Shown in pieces: positions 16,248 to 25,441 of a stretch of DNA of 35,318 nucleotides; the stretch's first letter is position 1, and each line of letters begins with the position of its first letter. The stretch spans positions 1 to 35,318 of the forward strand of contig DAHZZC010000394.1 of NCBI GenBank assembly GCA_027435495.1. Reading direction: 5' to 3'. Under the pieces are notes generated by a model. The model did not search any database and was not told the DNA's origin. It saw only the letters and a program-made list of their open reading frames with translations. Position numbers and translations under genes: made by a program. Source of the DNA: Planctomycetales bacterium (lineage in GTDB: Bacteria; Planctomycetota; Planctomycetia; Isosphaerales; Isosphaeraceae).

Positions 16248-16467
16248 CGGCACGAATCTCCCCATCGGTAAGGACGTCCGGGGAAGGCCGCGGCGCCTGA
16301 GGCGGACGGACACCGACCCGGGCCAGATTTTGGATCATCAATTGGCCGGCACGGGCACCCGCAAGGGTCCGGGCGCGGCTGGCTCGACCTCGATCGTCGC
16401 CGCGGCCGAGGCGTCATTCAGGGTACGCACCAGCCCGCGCCGGGTCAAGCGACGCTGAGACTCGCGT

Positions 16468-16884
16468 TTATCGGACGCCAAGGGGGATCGTTGCTGGCTT
16501 GCCGTCGAGCTCGACCTTGAGGACGCCGTCGACGCCACCAGTTCCGGCGAAGAGAGCGGGGCCGCTCGGGGTGACGAGAGCCTCGCCCTCGGACCTGAGC
16601 TCGACCTTTTTCTTGCCGAGTTCGAGAGTGCCTGAGGAGGGTGGTGCGATCGCGGTTTTGCCGTCCTCGTTGAGGAAGTAGAAGCTCACTTCGCCGGTCA
16701 TCGAGGTATTTTTCGAGGCGGCCGGCTTCTGGACGACCTCGACTTTTTCCTTGCGGCCGGGGATTGCGATGACGTTGCCCTGGTGGGGTGGCGGGGTGGT
16801 TTCGGGGAGGGTTGTCGGTCCGCCGCCGCAACCGGAGAGTCCGAGCAGGAGCAGGCCGACCTGGGCCTGGGTGAGCCGTATCAT
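16468..16884 (-). CDS. Small lipoprotein, function unknown
   Basis: Track ORF 16468..16884. The signal peptide has the lipobox LLGLSGC. It lies immediately downstream of the DUF1559 gene. Confidence 0.75.
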   Translation of the reverse strand: MIRLTQAQVGLLLLGLSGCGGGPTTLPETTPPPHQGNVIAIPGRKEKVEVVQKPAASKNTSMTGEVSFYFLNEDGKTAIAPPSSGTLELGKKKVELRSEGEALVTPSGPALFAGTGGVDGVLKVELDGKPATIPLGVR

Positions 16885-16994
16885 GGGAGTTTTTCTCCGG
16901 GACGATGGAAACCAAGCCTGGAAGCGAGATCGCCCCCGGGGAGGAAGAATCCTTCCCAGGGGGCGATGATTTTTGGTCCGATCGATCGGGTTTG

Positions 16995-18134
<1,140 letters not shown>

Positions 18135-18537
18135 CTCTTCTTGAACTCCTGAAGGTCAGACAGGGGATGTCGGGGCGTGGGCGTGAGGAGAAGGTTCCAT
18201 CCGGACTGCCCCGGCGCATGGTGGCGGGGCAGACTCTTCCGTCTCCACGGCATGTCCTCAAGGCGATTTATTGTAGTTTTTCGTCATGAAGAAATCGTGA
18301 ATTCAGGGTAAATTCCTGGAGGAACCCCGGCTGAGTGTATTGCGAGGAGGTGGCGGGGTGAAGAGACTGGCCTTGCGGCGATTGGGGGAGGGGTGTACCT
18401 TGCGGCCCCACATCTGAGAACCCGCGAGAGTCGCTTCGAAACATCCTCACGGCGCCTCGGGTCGCGGGACCGCCCGGGGGCCTCGGGCCGCGCCCAGGAG
18501 GGGACGGCCGTCGTACTCGGGAAGGAGCCGGATTACC

Positions 18538-19074
18538 ATGCGGGTCAGGTCATGGATGGCCGCCCTCGCCCTGATCGGGGTTTCCACACTCCTGATCGGA
18601 CGGGGACTATCGGCCCAGGGCACCGGAGAAGCCGCGCCCTCGAAGCCGAAAGCGAAGGGAGCCGAGAAGCCGGCGCCGGAGCGGCGGACCAGGGGCGGCG
18701 AAACCGCCCCGAAGGCGGACGGCACGAAGCTGCCGAAGGTGCATCTCCGGCTGGCAATCGCCGGACTCGGGACCGAAGGGTGCGATGTGGAGATCAAGCC
18801 GGCGAATCGGAGCGTCAAGTTCCGTCCGGCGCCGATGGTCCACGTCCGGTCCGACGGTCACGCGACGATTGAGCTCCGCGAGATCGAACTGCGTGGGGCC
18901 GATAAGATCTGCTCGCTGGCGATCACGGTTCGACAGCCTGGACAGGAGCCGCAGACCGTCTATCGCGGCTTCATGGCCACTGCGACGGGCCTCGGCGCGT
19001 CGACCCCGGATTTCAACTGCTTCATCAACTCACGGCTCGCCGATGCGTCCGGCAGTCGAACGGTTCGGAAGTAA
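18538..19074 (+). CDS. Secreted hypothetical protein
   Basis: Track ORF 18538..19074. AGGAG lies 10 nt upstream. The signal peptide is MRVRSWMAALALIGVSTLLIGRGLSAQG, followed by a Lys/Pro/Ala-rich linker and a beta-rich domain. Confidence 0.7.
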   Translation: MRVRSWMAALALIGVSTLLIGRGLSAQGTGEAAPSKPKAKGAEKPAPERRTRGGETAPKADGTKLPKVHLRLAIAGLGTEGCDVEIKPANRSVKFRPAPMVHVRSDGHATIELREIELRGADKICSLAITVRQPGQEPQTVYRGFMATATGLGASTPDFNCFINSRLADASGSRTVRK

Positions 19075-19075
19075 A

Positions 19076-19768
19076 TCAGAGGAGCAGTTCGCCGAGGCCG
19101 CGGAGCCCGATCGGCTCGCGGCTGGCGAACGGCTCGGCGTGGCTGACACCGACAAAATGGCCCCAGTACCGCGTCCGGTCGCAGACCGCCTCAATCACGC
19201 CTGGACGTCCCTCGGGCTGGTTGTCCACCAGTTGCGATCGGTAGCAGCGGAGGGCGGAGACCTTCGCCTCAAGCTCGTCGGAGATGTCCACCGCGAAGCT
19301 CGGCCGCTCGACGATCTTCAGGTGGACGCTGAAATAGTAGAGAATCCGCGCCGGGTGAAACGGCTCGCCGGGGATGTCGGACTTGCTCAGCTTGCTCCAG
19401 AACCGGGCGTCCTCGACAAGCTTTGTCGCTGCGGTGTGGTCGGGGTGGGCGTCCTCCCAGTAGGGAGCGAAGAGCAGGCGAGGCCGGACCTCGCGGAAGA
19501 CCGAGGCAAGGGCGCGTCGGTGGAGGAGGGTCGGTTCGAGGCTCCGGTTCGGTAGCCCGAGGTTGCGTCGCCAGGGATGGCCGAGCGCGGCGTTGGCGGC
19601 GGCGGTTTCGGCCGCGCGTTTCTCGGGAGAGCCCAGGGGCGTCGGCTCGCCGCTGGTCAGGTCGAGGATACCAACCGACCACCCCTGCCGGATGAGTCGG
19701 GCGATGGTCCCGCCCATCCCCAGTTCGGCGTCGTCGGGATGAGGTGCCACCACGAGCGCATCGAGCAT
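19076..19768 (-). CDS. PIG-L/LmbE-family deacetylase (BshB/MshB-like)
   Basis: The start is an internal Met of track ORF 19076..20257 (MLDALVVAPHPDDAELGMGGT...). It also has the HPDH motif. It starts 4 nt after the stop of the upstream oxidoreductase. Confidence 0.85.
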   Translation of the reverse strand: MLDALVVAPHPDDAELGMGGTIARLIRQGWSVGILDLTSGEPTPLGSPEKRAAETAAANAALGHPWRRNLGLPNRSLEPTLLHRRALASVFREVRPRLLFAPYWEDAHPDHTAATKLVEDARFWSKLSKSDIPGEPFHPARILYYFSVHLKIVERPSFAVDISDELEAKVSALRCYRSQLVDNQPEGRPGVIEAVCDRTRYWGHFVGVSHAEPFASREPIGLRGLGELLL

Positions 19769-19772
19769 GTTT

Positions 19773-21374
19773 TTACGAGTCCAGGTCGGCGGAGGCGGCC
19801 AGCAGGAGCGGGCGCCGCTCGTCGCGAGGCCCCGCATGGTTCCGGACCGAATCCCAGCCGAGACCGGCGATCCGCTCGACGACCCGAATGGCCGAGAGGA
19901 CCGTCGCCATCGTCCCCTGACCGGGGAAGACAGAATCGCCCACGACCCAGAGCCCCGGCCCAAAGACGTCGGGCCCGATCGCCAGGAAGTTGCTGTTGAT
20001 CCGGGAGACCGGCGCGCCGCCGACGGCGCCGGCCGTTCGTCGAGTATATCGCCGGAAGCTTCTCGGCGTCGCGTATTCGGCATGCAGGAGCGCCGAGGAG
20101 GCCCCCGGGATCGCCCGCTCCAGCGCCCCGAGCATCCTCGCCTCGAATTCCGCCTTCCTCGCCCGGTGGGCCGGGTTGTCGAGCCCCTCCCAGTCGGCCG
20201 GACGGGTGTGGGTCGAGAGCGTCGCGACCCGGACATCCGACGGGCCGTAGCCCGCATCCGCGACTGGTGAGAGCGAGACCAGAACGTTGTTCCCGTCGTG
20301 CATCGGGGCGTCGTACGACCGCAGAACCTGGTGAAACAGGGGTCCGTCGTCGGAGAGAGCGGCCCGATCGATCGCGAGGTAGGCGGTGACCGCGCTCCAG
20401 GCCGGGCGCGATTTTCGCTCGGCCCGATCGAGCTTTCCGGTGATCGGCCGGGCGATCAGGCGCGCGGCCAGGTCGATCGGAAGATTGAGCGCGACCTCTC
20501 GCGTTCGGAGCCGATCGCGACGTCGAGTGACGACGACAAATCCGCCGGCCGGGTCGGGCTCGACACGGTCGGCGATCGTGGCGGTCCGGAGGTCGCCCCC
20601 CATCGCGGCGAACCGCTCGCCGATCCCCTCGACCATCGCCCGCATCCCGCCCCGGGGCCTCGACATCCCGGCGCGGTACGCCTGCAAGCAGGCCGAGGCG
20701 TTCGCGAAGGGAACGACCTCCGGTCCCGCCTGGGCGGTGTCCTGGAGCAGCATCGCAACCATCGACCGGAACGCCCGGTTGCGGTCGAGCCCGAGCAGGC
20801 GGAGGACGTCGCGGACCGTCACGACCGACGTCGAGGCCGCCAGGAGGCCTCCAACGCCGAGGATCCGGAGGTCGTGAATCAGGTCGGCGATCGACCGCGC
20901 CGGGAGCCTTGGGACCGAACCCGCGGCGCGGAAGAGCGCTCGGCCGACAGCCTCCTGAATCCGCCAGAACCGCCGGATCGCGCCCGGCGAGCCCCCCTCT
21001 GACGCCGGAAACGTCGCGATCGCCGCGTCGACGAAGCGATCGGAATCCGCGACGATGTCGATCTGGCGGTCAGGGAGGTGGACCCGGTAGGCGGGCGTCG
21101 GCTCGGCCGAGAACGCGACACCCAGGACATCGAGCAGGTCGCCGACTGGCTCGCCGGGACGAAGGCCCATCAGCGCGGTGGCGCCGGCATCGAAGTGGAA
21201 AGGGCCCCGGCCGAAGTGACCGGCACATCCGCCGAGCTTCGTGTGGGCCTCCAACAGCGCGGTCCGGAGCCCGAGCCGTTCGGCGAGCCCGGCGGTTGCC
21301 AGCCCACCCATACCGCCGCCAATCACCACCAGATCGTATTTCCGCCCGGCGCCGGTCCGCTCGCGATCAGTCAT
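19773..21374 (-). CDS. FAD-dependent oxidoreductase of the phytoene desaturase family (CrtD/CrtI-like)
   Basis: The start is an internal Met of track ORF 19773..21524 (MTDRERTGAGRKYDLVVIGGGMGGLATAG...). It has the GxGxxG dinucleotide fold and LGGCAGHFGRGPFHFDAGATALMG, typical of the CrtD-like subgroup. Confidence 0.85.
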   Translation of the reverse strand: MTDRERTGAGRKYDLVVIGGGMGGLATAGLAERLGLRTALLEAHTKLGGCAGHFGRGPFHFDAGATALMGLRPGEPVGDLLDVLGVAFSAEPTPAYRVHLPDRQIDIVADSDRFVDAAIATFPASEGGSPGAIRRFWRIQEAVGRALFRAAGSVPRLPARSIADLIHDLRILGVGGLLAASTSVVTVRDVLRLLGLDRNRAFRSMVAMLLQDTAQAGPEVVPFANASACLQAYRAGMSRPRGGMRAMVEGIGERFAAMGGDLRTATIADRVEPDPAGGFVVVTRRRDRLRTREVALNLPIDLAARLIARPITGKLDRAERKSRPAWSAVTAYLAIDRAALSDDGPLFHQVLRSYDAPMHDGNNVLVSLSPVADAGYGPSDVRVATLSTHTRPADWEGLDNPAHRARKAEFEARMLGALERAIPGASSALLHAEYATPRSFRRYTRRTAGAVGGAPVSRINSNFLAIGPDVFGPGLWVVGDSVFPGQGTMATVLSAIRVVERIAGLGWDSVRNHAGPRDERRPLLLAASADLDS

Positions 21375-21449
21375 TTCGCTCGCTCTCCTCCCATCGGCTC
21401 GCCGGTATTGTATTCCCGGGTGGAGTCTTTTCGGGCCGGAGTCTTCCGT

Positions 21450-21479
21450 TTGAGGAGAACGGGGGATGTGTGTTACACT
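21450..21479 (+). promoter_or_regulatory. Possible sigma-70-type promoter (TTGAGG-N18-TACACT) for the Rieske gene
   Basis: Hexamers in the divergent intergenic region, about 60 nt upstream of ATG 21542. The match is weak. Confidence 0.2.
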
Positions 21480-21541
21480 GAGCGGCCTCAAACAGAAGGC
21501 GAGCCGAACGGCCGAAGAAGGCAATGGAGCGGAGTGATCCG

Positions 21542-21850
21542 ATGCCGCGTTTCGTGAAGATGGCGACCCGGGACGAACTGCCGCCGGGCGCTTCCAAGGA
21601 GGTCGAGCACGAGGGCCGGGTTTATGCGTTATTCAACGCCGATGGCGTGATCTCGGTGATCGACGGGATCTGCCCTCATCAAGGGGGTCCGCTGGCCGAT
21701 GGGGCGCTTTCAGGGACGGTTGTCACGTGTCCCTGGCACGGCTGGCAATTCGACGTTTGCTCGGGCAAGACGCCGCTGGGCTCGAAGATCAAGCTGGAAG
21801 TCTTCGAGGTGAAGGTCGAGGGGGACGATATCCTCGTGGCCGTGCCCTGA
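21542..21850 (+). CDS. Rieske [2Fe-2S] domain protein (NirD / small Rieske ferredoxin-like)
   Basis: Frame of track ORF 21524..21850. I prefer ATG at 21542, preceded by GGAG with a 7-nt spacer. The Rieske motifs are CPHQGGPL and CPWHGWQF. Confidence 0.85.
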   Translation: MPRFVKMATRDELPPGASKEVEHEGRVYALFNADGVISVIDGICPHQGGPLADGALSGTVVTCPWHGWQFDVCSGKTPLGSKIKLEVFEVKVEGDDILVAVP

Positions 21851-21897
21851 ACGTTGCGAGCCGGCGCGACGGGCATGGACCGTGGCGATCTCAAATC

Positions 21898-22875
21898 TTG
21901 ACGCGATTTCGACCGTTCCGCAACTCTGATCCGCCCGCACTCACGCGGCTCTGGAACCTGTCGGCGCCCCGGGGCTCGGCCGCTCGCGCGCTTCGGGTCC
22001 ACGAGCTGGACGCCCACGTTTTCGGTCGGGTGCTGTTCGACCCGGCCGGGCTGATCGTCGCCGAGCGTGAGGGGCGGATCGTCGGCTACGCGCACGCTGG
22101 GTTCGGGCCCGATGTCCCGGTCGCCGCCGACCGGCTGTATCAGCTCTCGCACGAGGTCGGCACCGTCGCCATGCTTCTCGTCGAGCCCGGCCCCGACGAC
22201 GAAGCCCTCGCCGTCGACCTGCTCGCCGCCGCCGAGGACTACCTTCGAGCGCGTGGCGCCTCGGTCTTCTACGCCGGCTCACTCTTCCCGCTCAACCCGT
22301 TTTACTGGGGGATTCACGGCGGGAGCGAGGGATCGGGGATCGGCTCGGGCCATTCCGTTTTCCACCGGGCCGCGATCGCCCGCGGATATACCCCCGCGGC
22401 CACGACCGTACTGCTCGACCTCGACCTGGCCCGGCCCGAGATCCGCGACCCCCGGACCCCCCTGATCCGCCGCCAGGCCCAGGCCGAATTCGTCGAGGAT
22501 GCCATGCCGTCCCACTGGTGGCAGAACCTCGCCATCGGCGAATTCCCCCTCACCGACGCCCGCCTCGTCGCCCGAACCAGCGGCGACCTTCTGGCCCGCG
22601 CCTCGGTCTGGGAAATGCGATGGTTCGGTCGCGAGGACGGCCTGATCCGGTCGGGACTGATCGACGTGCAGGTCCCCGAGGCACATCGCCGCAAGGGCTA
22701 CGCCCGCTTCCTCATCGGCGAGATCCTCCGGCGCGCCCGAACGAACCTCGTCCATCGCGTGGAAGTTCAGACCTCCGCCGAAAACCAGCCCGCCCTGGCG
22801 CTTTATAGTTCCATCGGATTTGCCCCGTTCGACCAGGCTATCCTGTATCGTAAGGGAGTGACTGGTCATTCGTGA
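21898..22875 (+). CDS. Two-domain GNAT N-acetyltransferase (MshD/Eis-like architecture)
   Basis: Frame of track ORF 21727..22875, whose 5' part overlaps the Rieske gene. The first in-frame start past it is TTG at 21898, giving (M)TRFRPFRNSDPPAL. The C-terminal GNAT motif A is HRRKGYARFLIGEIL. The N-terminal half is GNAT-like but lacks motif A. Confidence 0.7.
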   Translation: MTRFRPFRNSDPPALTRLWNLSAPRGSAARALRVHELDAHVFGRVLFDPAGLIVAEREGRIVGYAHAGFGPDVPVAADRLYQLSHEVGTVAMLLVEPGPDDEALAVDLLAAAEDYLRARGASVFYAGSLFPLNPFYWGIHGGSEGSGIGSGHSVFHRAAIARGYTPAATTVLLDLDLARPEIRDPRTPLIRRQAQAEFVEDAMPSHWWQNLAIGEFPLTDARLVARTSGDLLARASVWEMRWFGREDGLIRSGLIDVQVPEAHRRKGYARFLIGEILRRARTNLVHRVEVQTSAENQPALALYSSIGFAPFDQAILYRKGVTGHS

Positions 22876-22970
22876 TTGGTACCGGGGGGCGACTGCGGCT
22901 TCGGCTCGCACCGGGGCGCACTTCCCGGCGAATGACCAGGGACAAATTCCTAATTACCAGGAACAAACTC

Positions 22971-23279
22971 ATGGCAAGACGCCCCTTGAATCGCAGGGAG
23001 CTGCGGGCTGCGGCCGAGGCGGCCGAAGCGATGGGGATCAAGGATCCAGAGACGACTTCGCGATCGACGCGGCCCCGGTCGGAGTCGGAGCGTCGGCCCA
23101 AACCCGCGCCGACGGCGCGGATGCGGGTGGTCTGGGCAGTCTGTGATGTCGGCGGCCGGACGGTCGCCTCGTTTGATTATCCCGATAAGGCTGAGGCCGA
23201 GGCGCTGGTCGCGAAGCTCAAGGCGCAGGGGAAGGGGCCGCACTTTCTCCGGTCGGTCAAGGAGCCGATGTCGAGCTGA
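22971..23279 (+). CDS. Small hypothetical protein
   Basis: The start is an internal ATG of track ORF 22872..23279 (MARRPLNRRELRAAAE...), preceded by an AT-rich stretch. The C-terminal ~50 aa look folded (MRVVWAVCDVGGRTVASFDYPDKAEAEALVAKLKAQG). Confidence 0.55.
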   Translation: MARRPLNRRELRAAAEAAEAMGIKDPETTSRSTRPRSESERRPKPAPTARMRVVWAVCDVGGRTVASFDYPDKAEAEALVAKLKAQGKGPHFLRSVKEPMSS

Positions 23280-23325
23280 GGGGAGCGAGGAATCGGCGAA
23301 CCCGCGGGTGAGTCGCCGCGTCGGA

Positions 23326-23355
23326 TTGTGGATCAATGGACCGAGCCGGTACAAT
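23326..23355 (+). promoter_or_regulatory. Possible sigma-70-type promoter (TTGTGG-N18-TACAAT) for ilvB
   Basis: TACAAT at 23350-23355 is a 5/6 match to the -10 consensus. The -35 element is weaker. It lies about 120 nt upstream of the ilvB GTG. Confidence 0.3.
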
Positions 23356-23474
23356 CACCTACGGATCGGTGACCGATACGAGAGGATGTCGCCCGTCCTG
23401 TCTCCGAAGCGTTTTCGCGGGATCGGGCCGGATGCGTCGAGAAGTGAAGAGTCGAGTACGAGAGAGGATCAGCC

Positions 23475-25250
23475 GTGGCCGCCATCGATGACCGTCGGAC
23501 GTCGACGAGAACCGCTCCCCAACCGACCACCGGGGCCGACGTGCTGGTCGAGTCGCTGGCCCGGCACGGGGTCGAGGTTGTTTTCGCCTACCCCGGCGGC
23601 GCCAGCATGCCGATGCACCAGGCGCTGACCCGGTATCGCGACCGGATCCGGACGATCCTCCCGCGCCACGAGCAGGGGGGCATCTTCGCTGCCGAGGGCT
23701 ACGCCCGGGCCACCGGGAAGCCGGGCGTGGTGATGGCGACTTCCGGCCCGGGTGCGCTCAACCTGGTGACCGGCCTGGCCGACGCCAAGCTCGACTCCGT
23801 TCCGCTGGTGGCGATCACCGGTCAGGTGCCGACCCACGTGATCGGCACCGACGCCTTCCAGGAGACCCCGATGGTCGAGGTCTCCCGGGCGATCACCAAG
23901 CATCATTATCTGGTCTCGCACGCGAGGGACCTCGCCCGGGTCGTCAAGGAGGCGTTCCATCTGGCGAGCACCGGCCGGCCCGGACCGGTTCTGATCGATA
24001 TCCCCAAGGACGTGCAAAATACGATCGTCGCCGACCCCGATTACGACGTCGCGATGGACCTTCCCGGCTATCGCCTCCCCGCGCCGCCCGACCGCCGCAA
24101 GGTCGATGAGGTGCTGGCGGCGATCAATGCCAGCCGGAAGCCGATCATCTATTGCGGCGGCGGCGTGATCGCCTCCGACGGCGCCGAGGCGCTCCGCGAG
24201 TTCGCCGCGAAGACCGGCATCCCCGTCGCCATGACCGTCCACGGCCTGGGCGCCCTCCCCAGCGACCATTACCTCTCGCTCAACATGCTGGGGATGCACG
24301 GGACCGTCTACGCGAACTACGCCGTCAACGAGGCCGACCTCCTGCTCGCCTTCGGTGTTCGGTTTGACGACCGGGTCACCGGCAAGCTCAGCGAGTTCGC
24401 CAAGCACGGCCGGATCGTCCACGTGGATATCGACGCCTCCGAGATCAACAAGAACAAGTTCGCCCACATCCCGGTGCATACCGACGTCCGGTCGTTCCTC
24501 GAGGCGATCAATCCGAAGGTTGTCGCCGGCGACTGGCGCGAGTGGCACAAGCAGGTCGACGAGTGGCGTGCCACCGAGCCGATGACGTATGACCGTCGCG
24601 ACGATCTGATCCTGCCGCAGTATGTCATCGAGAAGTTCTCGGAACTGACCGGCGGCGAGTTCATCATGACCACCGGGGTCGGCCAGCATCAGATGTGGGC
24701 CGCGCAGTGGACGCGGTTCAAGCACCCGCGGACCTGGATCTCCTCGGGCGGACTCGGCTCGATGGGCTACGGCCTTCCCGCCGCGATGGGCGCCCAGGCC
24801 GCCTTCCCCGACAAGCTGGTGGTCGATATCGACGGCGACGGCAGCTTCGTCATGAACATCCAGGAACTGGCGACGCTCTACTGCGAGAATCTCCCGGTCA
24901 AGATGATCGTGCTGAACAATCAACACCTCGGCATGGTCGTCCAGTGGGAAGACCGGTTCCACGCGGGCAACCGCGCCCACACCTACCTTGGTCCGATCGA
25001 CCACCCCGAGGCCATCGGCCAGGGCGAAGGGGCGCTACCTGAGACCACCTACCCCGACTTCGTCCAGATCGCGCGGGGCTTCGGTGTCACCGCCCGCCAG
25101 GTCCGCGACAAGGCCGAGGTCGAGGACGCCCTCAAGGAAATGATCGCCCACCCCGGACCGTATGTCCTGGATGTCCTGGTGCCCTACCAGGAACACGTCC
25201 TTCCCATGATCCCCGCCGGTGGGACGGTTCGGGATATCATCAAGCAGTAG
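23475..25250 (+). CDS. ilvB: Acetolactate synthase (acetohydroxy-acid synthase) large subunit
   Basis: Track ORF 23475..25250, with a GTG start preceded by AGAGAGGA. The N-terminus [32 protein letters not shown] is canonical. The ThDP motif is [15 protein letters not shown]...[15 protein letters not shown]. Confidence 0.95.
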   Translation: MAAIDDRRTSTRTAPQPTTGADVLVESLARHGVEVVFAYPGGASMPMHQALTRYRDRIRTILPRHEQGGIFAAEGYARATGKPGVVMATSGPGALNLVTGLADAKLDSVPLVAITGQVPTHVIGTDAFQETPMVEVSRAITKHHYLVSHARDLARVVKEAFHLASTGRPGPVLIDIPKDVQNTIVADPDYDVAMDLPGYRLPAPPDRRKVDEVLAAINASRKPIIYCGGGVIASDGAEALREFAAKTGIPVAMTVHGLGALPSDHYLSLNMLGMHGTVYANYAVNEADLLLAFGVRFDDRVTGKLSEFAKHGRIVHVDIDASEINKNKFAHIPVHTDVRSFLEAINPKVVAGDWREWHKQVDEWRATEPMTYDRRDDLILPQYVIEKFSELTGGEFIMTTGVGQHQMWAAQWTRFKHPRTWISSGGLGSMGYGLPAAMGAQAAFPDKLVVDIDGDGSFVMNIQELATLYCENLPVKMIVLNNQHLGMVVQWEDRFHAGNRAHTYLGPIDHPEAIGQGEGALPETTYPDFVQIARGFGVTARQVRDKAEVEDALKEMIAHPGPYVLDVLVPYQEHVLPMIPAGGTVRDIIKQ

Positions 25251-25262
25251 GACGCGTTTTCC

Positions 25263-25441
25263 GTTTTCGGTTTTCCGTTCGGGACCGAGGCGCCGGCCGG
25301 TGAGGGTGCCCCGGTCCCTCGCCTTTGGTCCTGGCCGAACACCGGGTGACTGGCATTTCGGAGGCTTTCCGGCGAAGGAACCTTCGTCCCGCGGAGGCCG
25401 GCCTGAACGGCCTGTCATTCTCCTGGCGGAAAACCGAAAAC
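25263..25441. repeat. Long-range perfect 15-nt inverted repeat bracketing the ilvB/regulator intergenic region
   Basis: gttttcggttttccg (25263-25277) is the exact reverse complement of cggaaaaccgaaaac (25427-25441). The left arm sits in a GTTTTCN heptad-like run. An inner 7-bp stem pairs gggaccg (25281-87) with cggtccc (25312-18). Confidence 0.6.
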
